The position numbers and the translations under genes are program-made. Positions 1-15,169 of a DNA stretch of 64,000 nt are shown piece by piece (the first letter of the stretch is position 1; the number at the start of each line of letters is the position of its first letter). Under the pieces are notes generated by a model, which was not told the DNA's origin, did no database searches, and worked only from the letters and a program-made list of their open reading frames with translations. The stretch spans positions 142,352,001 through 142,416,000 of the forward strand of contig NC_042998.1 of NCBI RefSeq assembly GCF_006345805.1, read 5' to 3'. The stretch comes from Octopus sinensis (taxonomy: Eukaryota).

Positions 1-120
1 AAATTGACCAAACGCTTAATCAAACGATCGAGTACTTAATTAGTTAAACGTTTAAACAGTTGGCTAATCGAAATAGAACCAGTGCGTGTGTTTATTATTG
101 GCATACTGGGCCTACTGAGA
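1..120. mobile_element. Truncated end of a MITE-like repeat, same family as 61815-62042
   Basis: ccagtgcgtgtgtttattattggcata (about 79-105) matches ccagtgcgtgtgttaataatattggtata at 61991-62018; the upstream tttaaaca..aatcga segment is also similar. Confidence 0.4.
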
Positions 121-123
121 TAC

Positions 124-170
<47 letters not shown>

Positions 171-650
171 CACACACACACACGCATTTAGATATTTGAG
201 TTATATTTACAGATTACAAACTAGGATCACAAGATAAATTTGGGCTTATATTTTGAAATAAATCGTTGTGCTGATATATAAACCAAATTGGAAAAATGAA
301 TGAAATACGAGATCTCTGTAGGAATCGAACCCACGCTTCGTTTGTTACTAGCTTTATGTAATTACTGCAACATCCTAATTCTTCCAACAATATTCACTTC
401 TGCGTTTAACACTTTTACATTTTCACAAATTGAAAATCGTTTTTGAATCTTTACATATGTTTTCAGGTGCCATTTGATGGTAATCTGGCCTCTTTGATAT
501 TCCATAGAACGTGATCGATATTCGATCACGGAATCTTTTAACTTCGTTTCAGAGATGAATAAACAAGAATTCAATAAGCCTTTACATTTTAAATAATAAT
601 AACAATAGTACAATGCTGCGAAAAATATATTAGCAATATAAGAATGGATA

Positions 651-848
651 AGGACGACGAGCTGACAGAATCGTTTGTACACCGGGCAAAATGCTGAGCG
701 GCATTCCGTCCGTCTTTATGTTCTGAGTTCAAAGTCTGCGAGGTCGAATTTGCATTTCATCCTTTCGAGGTCATAAAATATGTACCAGTTGATAACTGGG
801 GTCGATGTAATCGACTTATCCCCTCCCCTGAAATTACTGGCTTTGTGC
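651..848 (+). mobile_element. tRNA-derived SINE, family A
   Basis: gagctgacagaatcgtt..gttctgagttcaaa (B-box-like)..gcatttcatcctttcgaggtc..ggggtcgatgtaatcgactta..ctggctttgtgc; the same sequence recurs at least 8 times in the window. Confidence 0.75.
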
Positions 849-849
849 A

Positions 850-1517
850 TCTCTGCTACACTCTCTATCGCTGCCAGTTTGCTCACTCGACAGCAAGATA
901 CTTGTGTACACAAATACATTTCTTTACTGCATCATCACCGGTGATGAAAAATGGTGTCTTTGTAGCTGAGCCCGCAAGCAAGCAATACTTCGAAGCAAAC
1001 CAGAGCTACGTCCATGCAAGACAATACGCTATGTTTTGGTAATGTTGTGAAAGGCTAATCCACTATAAAATACTTGAAAACGAATACACAGTCAATGCAG
1101 AGCTTTGTGTTCAGCAAATGCACCAGGCCAACGAAGCAATCCAGCTGAAAGAACCCGACTGGCGATACGGCGTGCTTCGTCAACACGATAACACCCACCC
1201 TGGCATCGCTAATTTGACCAAAAATGCTATTCAAGAGCCTTCAGATTATGATCTTTTACGCTAGTTCTCCAACATTCTGAGAGTCGTTTCATTCAACAAC
1301 GACGTACAGCTAAAAACGTGGGTCACTGAATTCTTCTAGTCAAAACGCGGTGATTTCTCCCGTCAAAGCAATGACAAGGTAGTGGAATGTTAGCAAGAAG
1401 TAGTGAACAATAAAGGAGAATATATTATTGACTGATTTGTTAAAATTGTTGATGAAAAAAATAGGAATTAAAATAAATGTGAAAAAAAAATCAAGAGAAT
1501 TTATCTGAACAGCCCAA
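850..1517 (+). pseudogene. Mariner transposase remnant (3' half) with right TIR
   Basis: IITGDEKWCL at 931-960; IHYKILE..TVNAEL..QQM; QHDNTHP; PSDYDLLR; C-terminal QEVVNNKGEYIID*; TIR-like ..ttatctgaacagcccaa followed by TA; several stops and frameshifts. Confidence 0.85.
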
Positions 1518-3232
1518 TAAATAAATACATACGTATGTACGTACGTACGTACATACATACATACATACATACATACATACATACATACATACATACATAC
1601 ATACATACATACATACATACATACATACATGTGTGTGTATGTATTTTTATTTGGGTGTTAACCCAGGAATTTATCCTATTAAGTCCAGGCTATCAGACAG
1701 AAGGTAGTCCAGAGATTATTGTATCATACACATGCCTGAAAATCCACAAATATCTACAGAGTTTCTGTAATTATAACCAAGGAGAATGGAGTGAGAAAGT
1801 CCTTTTATTTCATCGATTTACAAATTGTTTCATCGAAAATCGATCTCATGAACATTGCTATATTATTATGCAATAATATATGCAACTATTGAAACATAAG
1901 GTGTCATAGATACAAAAGCGAAGATCGATTCTTCAGAATCATGCAGATTCTTCAAAATCAAGTTATTTACAGTGAACACTTGAGTTAACGATAACTTATA
2001 ACTACATCGAGTTGGATGTGTTTAAGCGATTATATTTACATACTAAAATTCAAACAAAGCCAAACAAACCCTGGTTTGAGTTGTCCACTCAAGAAGGATG
2101 ACTCGACAAAAACAAGGAAGAATAAAAGCGAAAAAAAAGATTTTTTGTTTTATTTTCAGACAATATAGTGAATTATAATCTTGTCAACAGTTTCTTTCTT
2201 AGAGTTACTTTGAAGTCATATTCTTCAAAGTTTTTTAGTGCTCTTGGAGATATATCTATCTTATCCGTCACTCAGACAAGGGAATGAAGGTCATAGATTT
2301 GTATGTTTACTGAAGTGAAATCTTTTGTTCTGCCACTTTATAGTTGTCGGACATAGATTGGCAACACAGGGATTAGATGATATTTACGACAAAATCCAGC
2401 GGTCACACGTACACACGAGCTCGTACGCGCAGTTCCAAGCGGATAAAGATGATAGATATTTGATTGATACTTAGTGGCATCTCCTACTTAACAAAGAGAG
2501 GATTAATTAAAAAATTATGTACGCCCCAGCAGGCACAGATCTGAATGAAATTGTTTGTACTTATATGCACAGAGATAAAAAAAAAATATAGAAGAAAAAA
2601 GTGTCCTTCTTCCTACATTCATTTAATTGACTTAGTAAAGTTTTCAAACACGTAGAATATATCAATAGATTTAGATATCCAGTTACCTAAGTGAACAATT
2701 TCATAAAGATACCAAAATTTAGAAGTACGTAGGACCGTTTAGAAATCATTGCAACGGTAACATTAACAATTATAAATTCTGTAATAAATATTTTGTTTTG
2801 TAAATTTCGAAAGATTTTCTGAACCTACGGTGACATTTCATAAGTTCAGAGAGTTCATAAGTTCAGGTTTTCTATTCATAATAAGATGCATCACACCTCT
2901 TCTAAACGAAGATTACATAACTTCCGTCGTACGGATATACAGTCCTTACTACAGACCGTGTTGTATGGAATCTTTCTTTCCGTCAAATGCTTGATAAGGT
3001 TAACCAGAGGTATTATCTCTCTTGTTTATATCGTGAAAATGACGCATTGTGGTACTCCAATGGCTTTTGAATAGGTCCGGCATTGCACAAATATATCCAT
3101 ATTCGCTAGGAGACACACATACACACATGTACACACATACACACACACACATCTTGCTCTCACCGCGCCTAGGATGTGAGTGCGTGTGTGTGTGTACGAG
3201 GGTGTGTGTAAATATATATGTATATATGCATA

Positions 3233-3311
<79 letters not shown>

Positions 3312-3346
3312 TGCATACATACACATACACGTATGCATAATATATA

Positions 3347-3384
<38 letters not shown>

Positions 3385-4173
3385 CATACATGCATCCATG
3401 CATGCATGCATACATACATGCATACATACATACATACATACATACATACATACATACATACATACATACATAACATACATACATACATACATACATACAT
3501 TCATTCATTCATTCATTCATTCATATATGCATACATACAACAGACTGAAATAACGTGTTACATACATTTATTTATTATATTCTTACAACTGTTTCTGATA
3601 TGCGGTAGTGTGTTGATGGTTAATCTTATCAATTGATCGATTGATCGACTATTCGAGTAAAAACATTGGGAACCACGAAACTAAAGTATCTTCATCAGAC
3701 CCGAAACAAAACAACTTGGTTCGTTTCGGCCCAGAAAGTATTGCTTTTGGTGGTGGTTCCAACATTTTCAGTCGATCTATTGATCATCGATTGATTAGGT
3801 TGCATTATGAACACATCCAATCGCATATCTGAAACAGCTGTAAGTCTATAACTATTCTGTGTATCACTCTGTAAAAATATACCATTTTAACTAGATAACA
3901 GAACTATGGATTTAAAGAGCCAAGTAGCTTGAAACTTCGATGTCTGGGATTCCTAATAGATGGCGACAATGAACGAACCGGGTGTTTTCATACCTTTTTG
4001 CCATAAGAGAGATTTATTCTCCACGGTAACAGCAGTGTATTTACCTTTTAGCAGTTGAAATATGTGATAAACATATTTCATCTTACCTAAATCTGCTCGT
4101 GTATACACACTGCTTAGCGCTGACAGTTCGTTGTGTTTGTGTGTGTATGTGTGTATGTATGTATGTGTGTGTA

Positions 4174-4585
4174 CAGGGTGGTCCAGAAGTAACCGAACCC
4201 TAATTACTGTTAAATTTTACTGAATGGAATAAATTTTTATTACACAAGGTTACAGCAAATGTTCAAAATGTAGACCATTATTTACAATACAGTTACGACA
4301 CCGTTGAATGGTTGAATCAATTACCTTTTTGCACAGCACCGTCGTAATATCTTGCCGGCGTAATATCTTGACGCTCTGTTTCAGATCATTGAGAGTTTTT
4401 GACTTAGCGCTGAACACCTGGTTTTTTTAATATTCCCCAGAGAAAGGAGTCCGGAGGACTGATGACTGGGAACCTTGCAGGCCATTCCTAGGGTCCGTGA
4501 CGACCTATCCATCTGCCTGGAAAATGTTCTCATCAAGCAATATTCAATAAATTCAATGGGGTTCGGTCACTCCTAGGTCACCCAG
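4174..4585 (-). mobile_element. Internally deleted DD37D (maT-like) Tc1/mariner element with both TIRs
   Basis: Left cagggtggtccagaagtaaccgaaccc matches the reverse complement of right gggttcggtcactcctaggtcacccag; TA on both sides; minus strand encodes WPARFP..PDSFLWGILK and C-terminal GLHFEHLL*. Confidence 0.8.
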
Positions 4586-4599
4586 TATATATATATATA

Positions 4600-4805
4600 A
4601 AGTTTATCCAAACAAGAAAACACAGAAAAAAACACAGCAACGTGAGGACGTGGAACAATTAAAGTATTATTTGACGCTCAGGAAAGAAGGGAAGGAGGGT
4701 TTAACGTTTCGAGCGGAGCTCTTCGTCGGAAACAAAGGAGAAGGAAAGATCCCGAGAAGGAAGACAGAGGAAAAAAAATTTTTTTGCTGGTGGTGCTCAA
4801 GAGAT

Positions 4806-4808
<3 letters not shown>
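4600..4808 (-). mobile_element. Solo Penelope-type terminal repeat (pLTR-like) containing a hammerhead fold
   Basis: About 210-bp unit bracketed by (TA)n on both sides; related copy at about 14100-14200; contains the fold at 4699-4733. Confidence 0.5.
4699..4733 (-). ncRNA. Minimal type-I hammerhead ribozyme fold (U4>C, probably inactive copy)
   Basis: Minus strand GUUU CCGACGA A GAGC-UCC-GCUC GAAA CG UU/AAAC: stem I 4 bp, stem II 4 bp, palindromic ACGU stem III. Confidence 0.6.
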
Positions 4809-4863
<55 letters not shown>

Positions 4864-4899
4864 CATAACCAGCTTCCACACAGTTCTCGTCTAACAAGA

Positions 4900-5018
4900 C
4901 ATTGCTCGTTCCGAGACCATAAGTGAAGACACTCGCCCAAGGTGCAGTGCAGTAGAACTGAACCCTAAATTATCTGGTTGCAAAGCAAGCTTCTGAAGCA
5001 CTTGGCCATTCCTGCGTC
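4900..5018 (-). mobile_element. SINE family B, 5' fragment
   Basis: Degenerate reverse complement of the family B head (gaagacactcgcccaaggtgc..actgaaccc..ggccattcctgcgtc). Confidence 0.6.
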
Positions 5019-5929
5019 TATACTTAAAGTTTAGATATATTTCAAAAAGTTCTTTGCTGGTATTAAAATGTAAGTCGGACATTATACTATCGGTGGGCAC
5101 AAAACATGACAAAGGATGTGGCAAGACCCGATATAAGCCTGCAATTTGGAGGGGAGGTAGTCAATAGATAGGCTCTCTCTCTCTCTTTCTCCTTTCACTT
5201 TCTTTCTCTCTCTCCCTCTCCCTCTCCCTCTCTCTCTCTCTCTCCCGTCTTTCTCTCTATTCTCTTTCTCTCTCTTTCTCTCTGGTACTTTGGTTTATTG
5301 ATCCCGGACGATTGAAAAATAAATTTGGCAATAGTGTTTGAATTCCGAACGTAAAGAACTGTTGTATTCTTCATTCGGTTTAAAGGTTGCACACTGGAAC
5401 TTCAACTCAACTCTTGTTTGTTCTTAGTCTCCCTTCAAGATGGCCCCAGACAGTCAGTTCCAAGCGCCTATTATACCTTCTTTTTTTTTTTGCTGGAGAG
5501 CTGTATTGATAGCTAAGCAACAAACATTGAAGTTGTTTACCCTGTTTCCATTTTCTTATCGGTACAACAGAGTCGAAAAAAATACGCAAGGTATTTCTTC
5601 CGAAGCTCTAACAATTCTTTGATAGTAATTACCATAGCCCAAAAGGTAAAATATTCACCAATTAAAAGTGAGTGTTGCGATATTTACCAAGAGAAAAACT
5701 CCTATATGGTTTAACGGTCCATAAAAACAGATCATGGCTATCGCCAGCCGCAGACAATCGCCGCTACTGTCACTGCCACGACTACCAGATCACGTGAAGT
5801 CGGCCTCTTTCGACCTTATCAATGATAGATACCTCGTGGCTGGAAATAGCAGTAGCTCCAGCGCTTGCGATATACATAGAAATACAAAGCGATGTCGCCT
5901 AAAAACCAGTTAAGGATTATATTTTAGCT

Positions 5930-6055
5930 TATTTTATCGACCCTAAAAGTTTGAAAGGCAAAGCTGACATGAGTGGGTTTTAACTCACAATGTAGTGGAA
6001 ACAAATACCGTAGGCTATTTCTTCCGACATTCTAACGATGCTGCCGATAACAATG
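5930..6055 (-). mobile_element. SINE family A, fragment
   Basis: ttttatcgaccctaaaagtttgaaaggcaaagctgac..ttaactcacaatgtag..ttctaacgatgctgcc is a degenerate reverse complement of family A. Confidence 0.55.
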
Positions 6056-6970
6056 ATGACCACATTGTAATCTTCCTACCTGTTGCGAATTAACAAAAGA
6101 GTTTCTAAGCTGTCACTCAACCAACTATAAATGGCATCCTACGGTCTTAAAAATAGGAAGGACACTTTAAATAATATAGTTCTAAATAAAAACAGTAAGA
6201 CGGAATGCTAACTCAGCATTCAGATTATTCTGTCAAATGTAATCTTTATTTAATCACATTGTTTCGAATTAATGCATTATCTTGTAGTTTCGAGATTTCG
6301 ATAATATTTATTTTTAGAATGACATTGTGGGCGAGGTGTGAGAGGTCGGGTCTGGCCAATTTGCACATAAAACAGTTATATTCGAGCTAGAGAGTCAGAT
6401 GTAGCCAATTTAAATGCTAAAGAGCTAAAGCATAGCTTTTCCCCATCAGGGATAGCTTGGGATTAAACAACAACTACAACAACAGCAGAAACAGTAATAA
6501 CAGCAGCAGCAGCAACAACAACAGTAGTAACAAAACAGCAGCCGAAGCAACAACAACAACTACATGCATGCATTATGAGAATGAAGGTATTGAAGACATG
6601 TAACGAATTTCCTGACGTCGTTTGTAGTAAATTTGTAATTATGGTGACCTTAACTGTGGCAACGGCGTTGGGTGAATATAGTTAGAGCCGATGGCAGTAG
6701 CTCCATTTGATGGGAAGACAAGAAATCGACCAGGAGTGAAAATGGCGTTACTGCTCAAAAACAGCAACGACAGTGACGGCAATAATGCAACAAGTCAATG
6801 ACAACAGATGCGGATGGAAGCACTGACGAGTGACAGCGGAAATAGCGATGACTTTGTCAACGTTGGTTGACAATAAATGCATAAATAAATCGAAGAGCGA
6901 TAGGTGTAAAGGTGAAAACATAGCTAGATAGATAAGTGACCAGGTAAGAAGAAAGCTGTGTAGATAGATA

Positions 6971-7289
6971 TGTTTCTTTATTAGCCACACAGGGCTGCAC
7001 ACAGATAGAACAAATTACAAGGTAGAGCTTTTCTTTTGAAGGTTTAAAAGAAAAAAAAAAAAAAAAAAGGAAGGGGGGTTTCGATCAAAAGGGATCGTAA
7101 AAGGAGAGAAAGAGGACAAAAAAAGGGGGGTTAAAAAGGGGGGGGGGAGAGGAAAAAAAAAATTGATCAATAGGATCGTTATCACAGAAATGTCAATATG
7201 AAGTGTAAAGGGGAGGACAGGTGAGGTTTACCCGTGGAAAGAAAAGCCTACGGAAAAGACCACGTAACCTCGGTCAATGAAGTCACATT

Positions 7290-7325
<36 letters not shown>

Positions 7326-8779
7326 AAATAAGCAACTCTCTGTTTTCGATTTCTGGGTTCATAGGACTATGCTCAATGTGGCTTCGTCATTCATACGTGC
7401 CATTCTTGCTACATTCACCCATCTTTTTTTAAAACATTCGCTAGACAAAACTTGCCTCTCTACTCTCACTTTCCTCTTCAAGTGATACTTGAAGAAGTTG
7501 ATGAGAGATTGACCAGAGAGGAAAGTGTTTGTCTCCAATCCTTTCAGACGCGTCCACCAGATACATTCTTTCGCCATAGCCACAAGGATGATGAAAATAG
7601 CTCTTCCTTCCCGTTTGAAGGAAGGAGGCGTGACAATATTGACGATAGACTCAGCTGATAAACCGACTCGTCCCACACGTGACAGCAGTTGTTCGACATA
7701 AGCCCACAGGTCGGAAATTGTTGGACACTGAACGAGTGCGTGCAGAACGGTTTCGTCGCTCTGACCGCATCTCGGGCAGGTCGGCCCCGTTTTCTCGAGC
7801 CGTGTCTGTAGAGCTTATCCCGAACGGGTAGCGCTTCTCGGTAGCACTGCCAGGCCAGGGATCTCTGGAAGTTGTCCATGGGCCCTGGCCCGAAAGTCGT
7901 CCCGAACAGGCGGGTCAGGTACTCCTCGTCGACGTCCAGGTTCGCCCCGAGCTCGTCGTCGTACCTCCCCTCCACTAAACCCTATAGAATGCTTTGGTTG
8001 TGTTGAAGTCACTTAAGGTCGACCCAGGACGGCAGAGTTGCTTGAGAGCAACGCGACACTCGCGGTGCCATTCGCCCTTCCTCGGCCTCTTTTTGATCCA
8101 CGACTGCAGTTCGGTCATGGAGACGAGCTGCGGGAAAGCGTGCCTCACAAACGCGACCACACCTGTTCACCGTCGTCTACATAGAGCCAGAGATGTCGCA
8201 GTCTCAAGCGCGTGTCTGCGCATCATCAACCACGGCATGCCCAGCCTCCTTTTAACGGGTGTTGACAGCAAATGGATCGCCTGACCATCGGGACGCATCC
8301 TTTCCACAAGAAGCGAAAGAGGATGCGTTTGTAGTTTGGTGATGGTAGGGTCGGGACAAGGTACGACGGTCAGGCGGTAGTAGATGACGGACGCGATGTA
8401 CGTGTTCGCCACCTCCGCCCGACCTTTTAGGGACAGTTTCCTCTCGGCCCATTGCCGGGCGAGAGTGACCACCCTACTCGTTATCTCGTTCCAGTTCTTC
8501 TCCACTTGGAGGTCCGGACCAAACCAGACCCCGAGCAACTCAACCGGGCCGTCGGTCCAGCGTCCCACGACGGAGGCGCTGGTGGACGGCATGGGCTTGC
8601 TTCTCCAGGTGCCTAGTCGCAAGCCCACTGACTTTTCCCGGTTGATTTTCGCTCCTGTCACCGCTTCGTAGTTTTTCAGTGTCTCGCCGACCAGCTCGAT
8701 GTGCTCGTGGCTAGACACTATGACGGTGACATCGTCCGCGTATGCAGACACGCTCGTCCCGCATCCCAATTCTCGCGGG

Positions 8780-8780
<1 letters not shown>
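6971..8780 (-). mobile_element. 5'-truncated L1/Tx1-clade non-LTR retrotransposon (ORF2 RT C-half, zf-RVT-like region, 3' UTR)
   Basis: [37 protein letters not shown]; LAWQCYREALPVRDKL; AKECIWWTR..KKRWVNV, stop at 7359; T-rich 3' UTR ending in AATAAAGAAAC; a few frameshifts; GC-rich compared with the flanks. Confidence 0.9.
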
Positions 8781-9292
<512 letters not shown>

Positions 9293-9376
9293 GATAGATA
9301 GATAGATAGACAGACAGAGAGACAGATAAATAGACAGACAGACAGACAGACAGAATAAATAGACAGACAGACAGAC

Positions 9377-9475
<99 letters not shown>

Positions 9476-9933
9476 CTGCTGGATAAATTTTGCAGAGAAT
9501 GATTTTTCTCTCACTTTTTACACACTATTCCTCACCACTTTCTTATTTCTCATTTACTCACCGCCCTCTCTCTCTCTCTCTCTCTCTAATCCTCTCTTTC
9601 TCTCCCTCTCTCTAATCCCCTCTCCCTCTTCTCCTCTCCTCTCTCTCTCTCCCTCTATCTCGCTCAATCCTTCTTTTCTGTTCCTTACTCTCCCTTCATT
9701 AGCACAACCGTTCTTTCTTGTCCACTATTTTCGCAAATTCAACTTCCACCTAGAATTTCCTTCTTTCGTTTACTTCTTTCTTTTTTTCCTTCTCTTCAAC
9801 GAGTTTTTACCACGCCCCTTCCACATTCTAACACGATTCAGAGTCTTTGCAACAAAATCTCCTCCTCTTTCCCCCTCCTCCCATTGCTTTCTATTAAGGT
9901 CCATTCATCCCCTCTCTCTTCTCTCTTTAGTAT

Positions 9934-10309
9934 ACTCTTTACTCTCTTTTACTCTTTTACTTGTTTCAGTCATTTGACTGCGGCCATGCTGGAGCACCAC
10001 CTTTTTTAGTACTTATTCTATAGGTCTCTTTTTGCCGAACCGCTAAGTGACGGGGACGTAAACACACCAGCATCGGTTGTCAAGCAATGCTAGGGGGACA
10101 AACACGGACACACAAACACACATATACATATATATATACACATATACGACAGGCTTCTTTCAGTTTCCGTCTACCAAATCCACTCACAAGGCATTGGTCG
10201 GCCCGGGGCTATAGCAGAAGACACTTGCCCAAGATGCCACGCAGTGGGACTGAACCCGCAACCGTGTGGTTGGTTAGCAAGCTACTTACCACACAGCCAC
10301 TCCTGCGCC
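9934..10309 (-). mobile_element. SINE family B, near full length
   Basis: Reverse complement of 40583-40997, with head ggcgcaggagtggctgtgtggtaagtagcttgc and (aaaagagt)n tail. Confidence 0.85.
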
Positions 10310-10316
10310 TATATAT

Positions 10317-10400
<84 letters not shown>

Positions 10401-10436
10401 CAAATATATATATATATATATGTATACAGATATACA

Positions 10437-10478
<42 letters not shown>

Positions 10479-10692
10479 ATGTATATTTGTTGGTGCGTGT
10501 GTGAGTGTAAGTGTGTGTGTTTGTGTGTGTGCGTGTGTGTGTGTGTGTGCGTGTGTGTTTGTGTGTGCGTGTGTTTGTATCTCTATAAGCACTACAGACT
10601 TATTCCGATCCCCACTGCCACCAACTTCTAATTTCCTCTTCCTCTACCTTCATCTCTTCTATTTCTCACTTTCTTCCCCCCTCACCCTCCCT

Positions 10693-10724
<32 letters not shown>

Positions 10725-11589
10725 TCCTCCAGTCACTACTTCCGGATGCGCTTTTTGGATTTCGTTTCCCTTTTAGACATACTCTACATCGAAAGCATAC
10801 CATATAGCAACGTCTCGAGATGTTCACCACCTTATGCATACATACATACATTCATACATACATACATACATACATACATACATACATACATACATACATA
10901 CATACATACATACATACATACACACATATATATACATATATACATACCATACATACCATATATATATATATACATACATATATACATACATGTACATACG
11001 TATATACACATACATATATACATATACATACATATATCTACATGCATGTATATACATAAATATATATATATATATATATATATGCATTATTCGCATATGT
11101 GTGTATGTGTATGCGTGCGTATGCGTGTGTGTGTGTATACATAAACATACCATACACACACACACTCACATAAACATGCACACATACACATACATGATAA
11201 GACAGCATACACCTGTGCATGCATACACACACACTCATACACACACACATACACTCACAAGAGTATATATGCAATTGTGGTATATGTATGTAAGCATGCG
11301 TATATAATCTATAACATTTAATATGCGTGTGTGCATGCTTGTGCGAACATACACATACCTATGTGTGCATGCATCTATGTATGAGTAGGAGCGTGCATGC
11401 ATGCCTATGTAACATAGATGTGTGTGTGTGCGTATGTATGTGTGTGTGAGTGCGTGTCTGCATGTGTGTACGTGTGCTTGTGTGATTCTCACATTACAGC
11501 TTTACTTTTGCCACAATCCCGCAATAATAAATACGTCAGCCTAAATTACACCGAAGCGAGATCATCATCCGATCGCAGCTTCCGTACCC

Positions 11590-11693
11590 GGCTCATACCA
11601 TCTCCATCACCTGTAGTATTATCGTCATCATCATCATCATCATCACCATCATCAACTCCACCATCACCACCAGTATCATCATCATCATCATCC

Positions 11694-11738
<45 letters not shown>

Positions 11739-11961
11739 CCAGCATCAGCATCACCAACATCATCATCGCCAGCATCATCATCACCAGCAGCGTCAGCAGT
11801 TGCAGAGTGGTTGTGGGGGTGTGAGGATCACTAAAAGGTGAACGACCTAACCGTTATTACATAACAAGAGAAAAAGACAAATGCACACCGAAATTAACAT
11901 TGTAAATTAGTTGCTGTTATTGTTGCTGTTGTTGTTCTTGTTGCTGTTGTTGTTTTTGTTG

Positions 11962-11994
<33 letters not shown>

Positions 11995-12160
11995 ATACTG
12001 CTGGTGGTGGTGGTGGTGGAGGTGGTGGTGGTGGTGGTAGTGGTGGTGTTGGTGGTGAATATGGTGATGATGACAAAGACGACGACGACGACGATGATGA
12101 TGATGATGATGATGATGTCGACGTCGACGACGATGACGATGACGACGTTATGATGATAAT
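11590..12160. repeat. Compound trinucleotide repeats (CAT/CAC/CAG followed by GTT/GCT/GGT/GAT)
   Basis: Directly visible; gives rise to the polyM, polyS and polyP pseudo-ORFs. Confidence 0.9.
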
Positions 12161-12985
12161 GTTAGCCTTGCGACATTTGCATGTCTGGCGCTTGGACCTT
12201 GTCCAATGTGATGTTGTAGAACTCAGTGCAAACGCGTTCTAGTCCACGCCCTCGAGCATCACGCCTTTTTAGAGGTAACTAAGGAAATCTACGACCACCT
12301 TATTCAATGGAGCAACCTGAGGAATATTTGGCTGTTATTTCTAGCAGGTCAATCGACCATGAAGCAATTCTTTCAGTGGCACAAACACTGTAATAGTTGG
12401 AGTGGTTGTAGTGGGTATCGGCAATAGTATTGACGGTACAGGTAATAGTATTGAGAGTATAGTGACCAGGGGATAGAAACGCTGGTAGTAGGGGGTATAG
12501 TGGTAGGAGGATATACACTGTGGTAGTAGGATAGAGCGGCGGTAGCAATAGTATAGAGGTAGTTCGGATAGGTGATAGTAGTGAAGGTATTAGTAGCAGG
12601 AGGGGCGTACAGGTGATGGCGGTGTAAGTATATCGGTGGTAGACCATAAAGACGATGGTTGTGTGAGATGCTGAGACAGGAGGACGTATAGGTGGCCCAA
12701 GAGTGAGTATGGAGGTAAACGGTATTTAAGCGATCGTACTGTAGCTGGAAACTGAAAGAAGCCTATTGTGTATGTATGTGTGTGTGTGCGTGCGTGTGTG
12801 TGCGTGTGTGTGTGTGTGTGTGTTTGTGTGTAATTTTCGGGACTAATGGGTATAAGTCAATTAGTGTGTTGAGTAAAGCACGTTCAGAGTTTGGGCTACC
12901 TGGTGTCATCCTCGGTTGGGGTATATTTACGGGGGATCTTTGTCAGGAAGTCGGCAGTGTTAGTTGAGATAATAATAAAATAATG

Positions 12986-13064
<79 letters not shown>

Positions 13065-13081
13065 TAATAATAATAATAATA

Positions 13082-13900
<819 letters not shown>

Positions 13901-14112
13901 GCAAAACATACACATCCACATCTAACCATAAACCCATACATCCACACAGAGACTCACACACACATGTACACACACATGAATACACCCCGACACATCTCTA
14001 CAATAAATTGGAGAGTGCATGTCTGTCATCGTATTGCTTATAGACATATCAGTACAGGCAGCAGTGTCTAACACTAACACACACACTCACACGCACATCC
14101 GCATATACGGGG

Positions 14113-14146
14113 ATTTAAGTTTCGAGCGGAGCTCTTCGTCAGAAAC
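14113..14146 (-). ncRNA. Hammerhead fold, same family as 4699-4733 (core intact, stem III G lost)
   Basis: Minus strand GUUU CUGACGA A GAGC-UCC-GCUC GAAA C UU AAAU. Confidence 0.55.
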
Positions 14147-14201
14147 ATAGGAAAAGGAAAGATCCAAGGAAGGGAAGACGGCGGGAATAAATCGCCAACG
14201 G

Positions 14202-14243
<42 letters not shown>

Positions 14244-14479
14244 GGGACAGAATTATGAGGACAAATGGATTAGATATATTAAATGTGTTTGGGTATGAAA
14301 TACAAAATATGTATATATGTATACATGCAAAACAAGACAAAGTAAAAAGCGGACGTTTTCAGACAATGAATATTTAAGTATAAATTTATAGATATTTAGA
14401 TTAATAGATCCAACTTATACAGAAAACAAACGATAGAAAAAATTATAGGAGTGAAATAAAGGGGTTATAAGTCCACCAG

Positions 14480-14750
14480 CTGGTTCTGGGATCTCGGACC
14501 AACTGTACTTCAACACGACTCAGCACCTTCTCACAATGTCTACGTAGCCCAAGAATGAATGTCAGACGCTATTTACGATCGACCTCCAAACTTGCCAGGT
14601 TTAAATCTCAGGGACCACTACGCTTACAGTGTTGTTGAAAGAGAGACTAATCGACATGCTCACAATACCATTGCTTCACTGATGTCCGCTATTGTCCAAG
14701 TAATGTCCAAAATAATATGGATCGTTTAGTGCAAGCAGAAAATTTTCCTA
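14480..14750 (+). pseudogene. DD37D-type Tc1/mariner transposase remnant, C-terminal part
   Basis: QHDSAPSH..; RPPNLPGLNLRDHYAYSVVERETNRHAHNTIASLMSAIVQVMS resembles WPPxSPDLNPLDYxVWxxxERxxN. Confidence 0.7.
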
Positions 14751-14829
14751 TCATGGCGCTTTATCCAAAAACGTCGCACAAAAGAACACTAGTAATTAAT
14801 GTCTGAAAGATAAACCAAGTAAATTTTTC

Positions 14830-15020
14830 GTGCTTGACCTAGTGATTAGAGTGTTACATTCACGATTGCCAGATCGTGGATTCGATTCCCGGACCGGGCT
14901 GCGTGTTGTGTTCTTGAGCAAAACAATTCATTTAACGTTGCGGTAGTACTGTGTGGCGACCAGCATATCAAAGAATAGACCCAATGTTTCCTCTACGTGT
15001 CGTAAAAGACGACTAAAAAA
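14830..15020 (+). mobile_element. tRNA-derived SINE, family C-related
   Basis: A-box-like tgacctagtgattag, B-box ggattcgattccc, then ggaccggg..gttgtgttcttgagcaaaac as in 37992-38230. Confidence 0.65.
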
Positions 15021-15169
15021 AATATATGTAGGATTTGCACTCCGATCTCGTAAAGCCATCACCAGCAACGACTACCCAAATAGACCCACGGTTTGAAGGA
15101 TTCTCGCCTGGGTGGTGCAGGGGCGTAATCCGCCAGAAATAATAAGGAATCACCAACACGTGTTGCAGC

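Noticed and set aside
1650-2450. Possible piggyBac-like remnant
   Set aside because: Only vague motif echoes (HMPENP, DNL) across frameshifts; not supportable.
3000-3636. Long ORFs such as [22 protein letters not shown] and HTHT here and throughout the window
   Set aside because: They are translations of (TA)n, (TATG)n, (GATA)n and (CA)n microsatellites, which lack stops in some frames; there is no coding signal.
11418-12153. PolyS, polyM, polyP and polyA ORFs
   Set aside because: Pure trinucleotide repeats with no flanking complex coding sequence or convincing splice sites.
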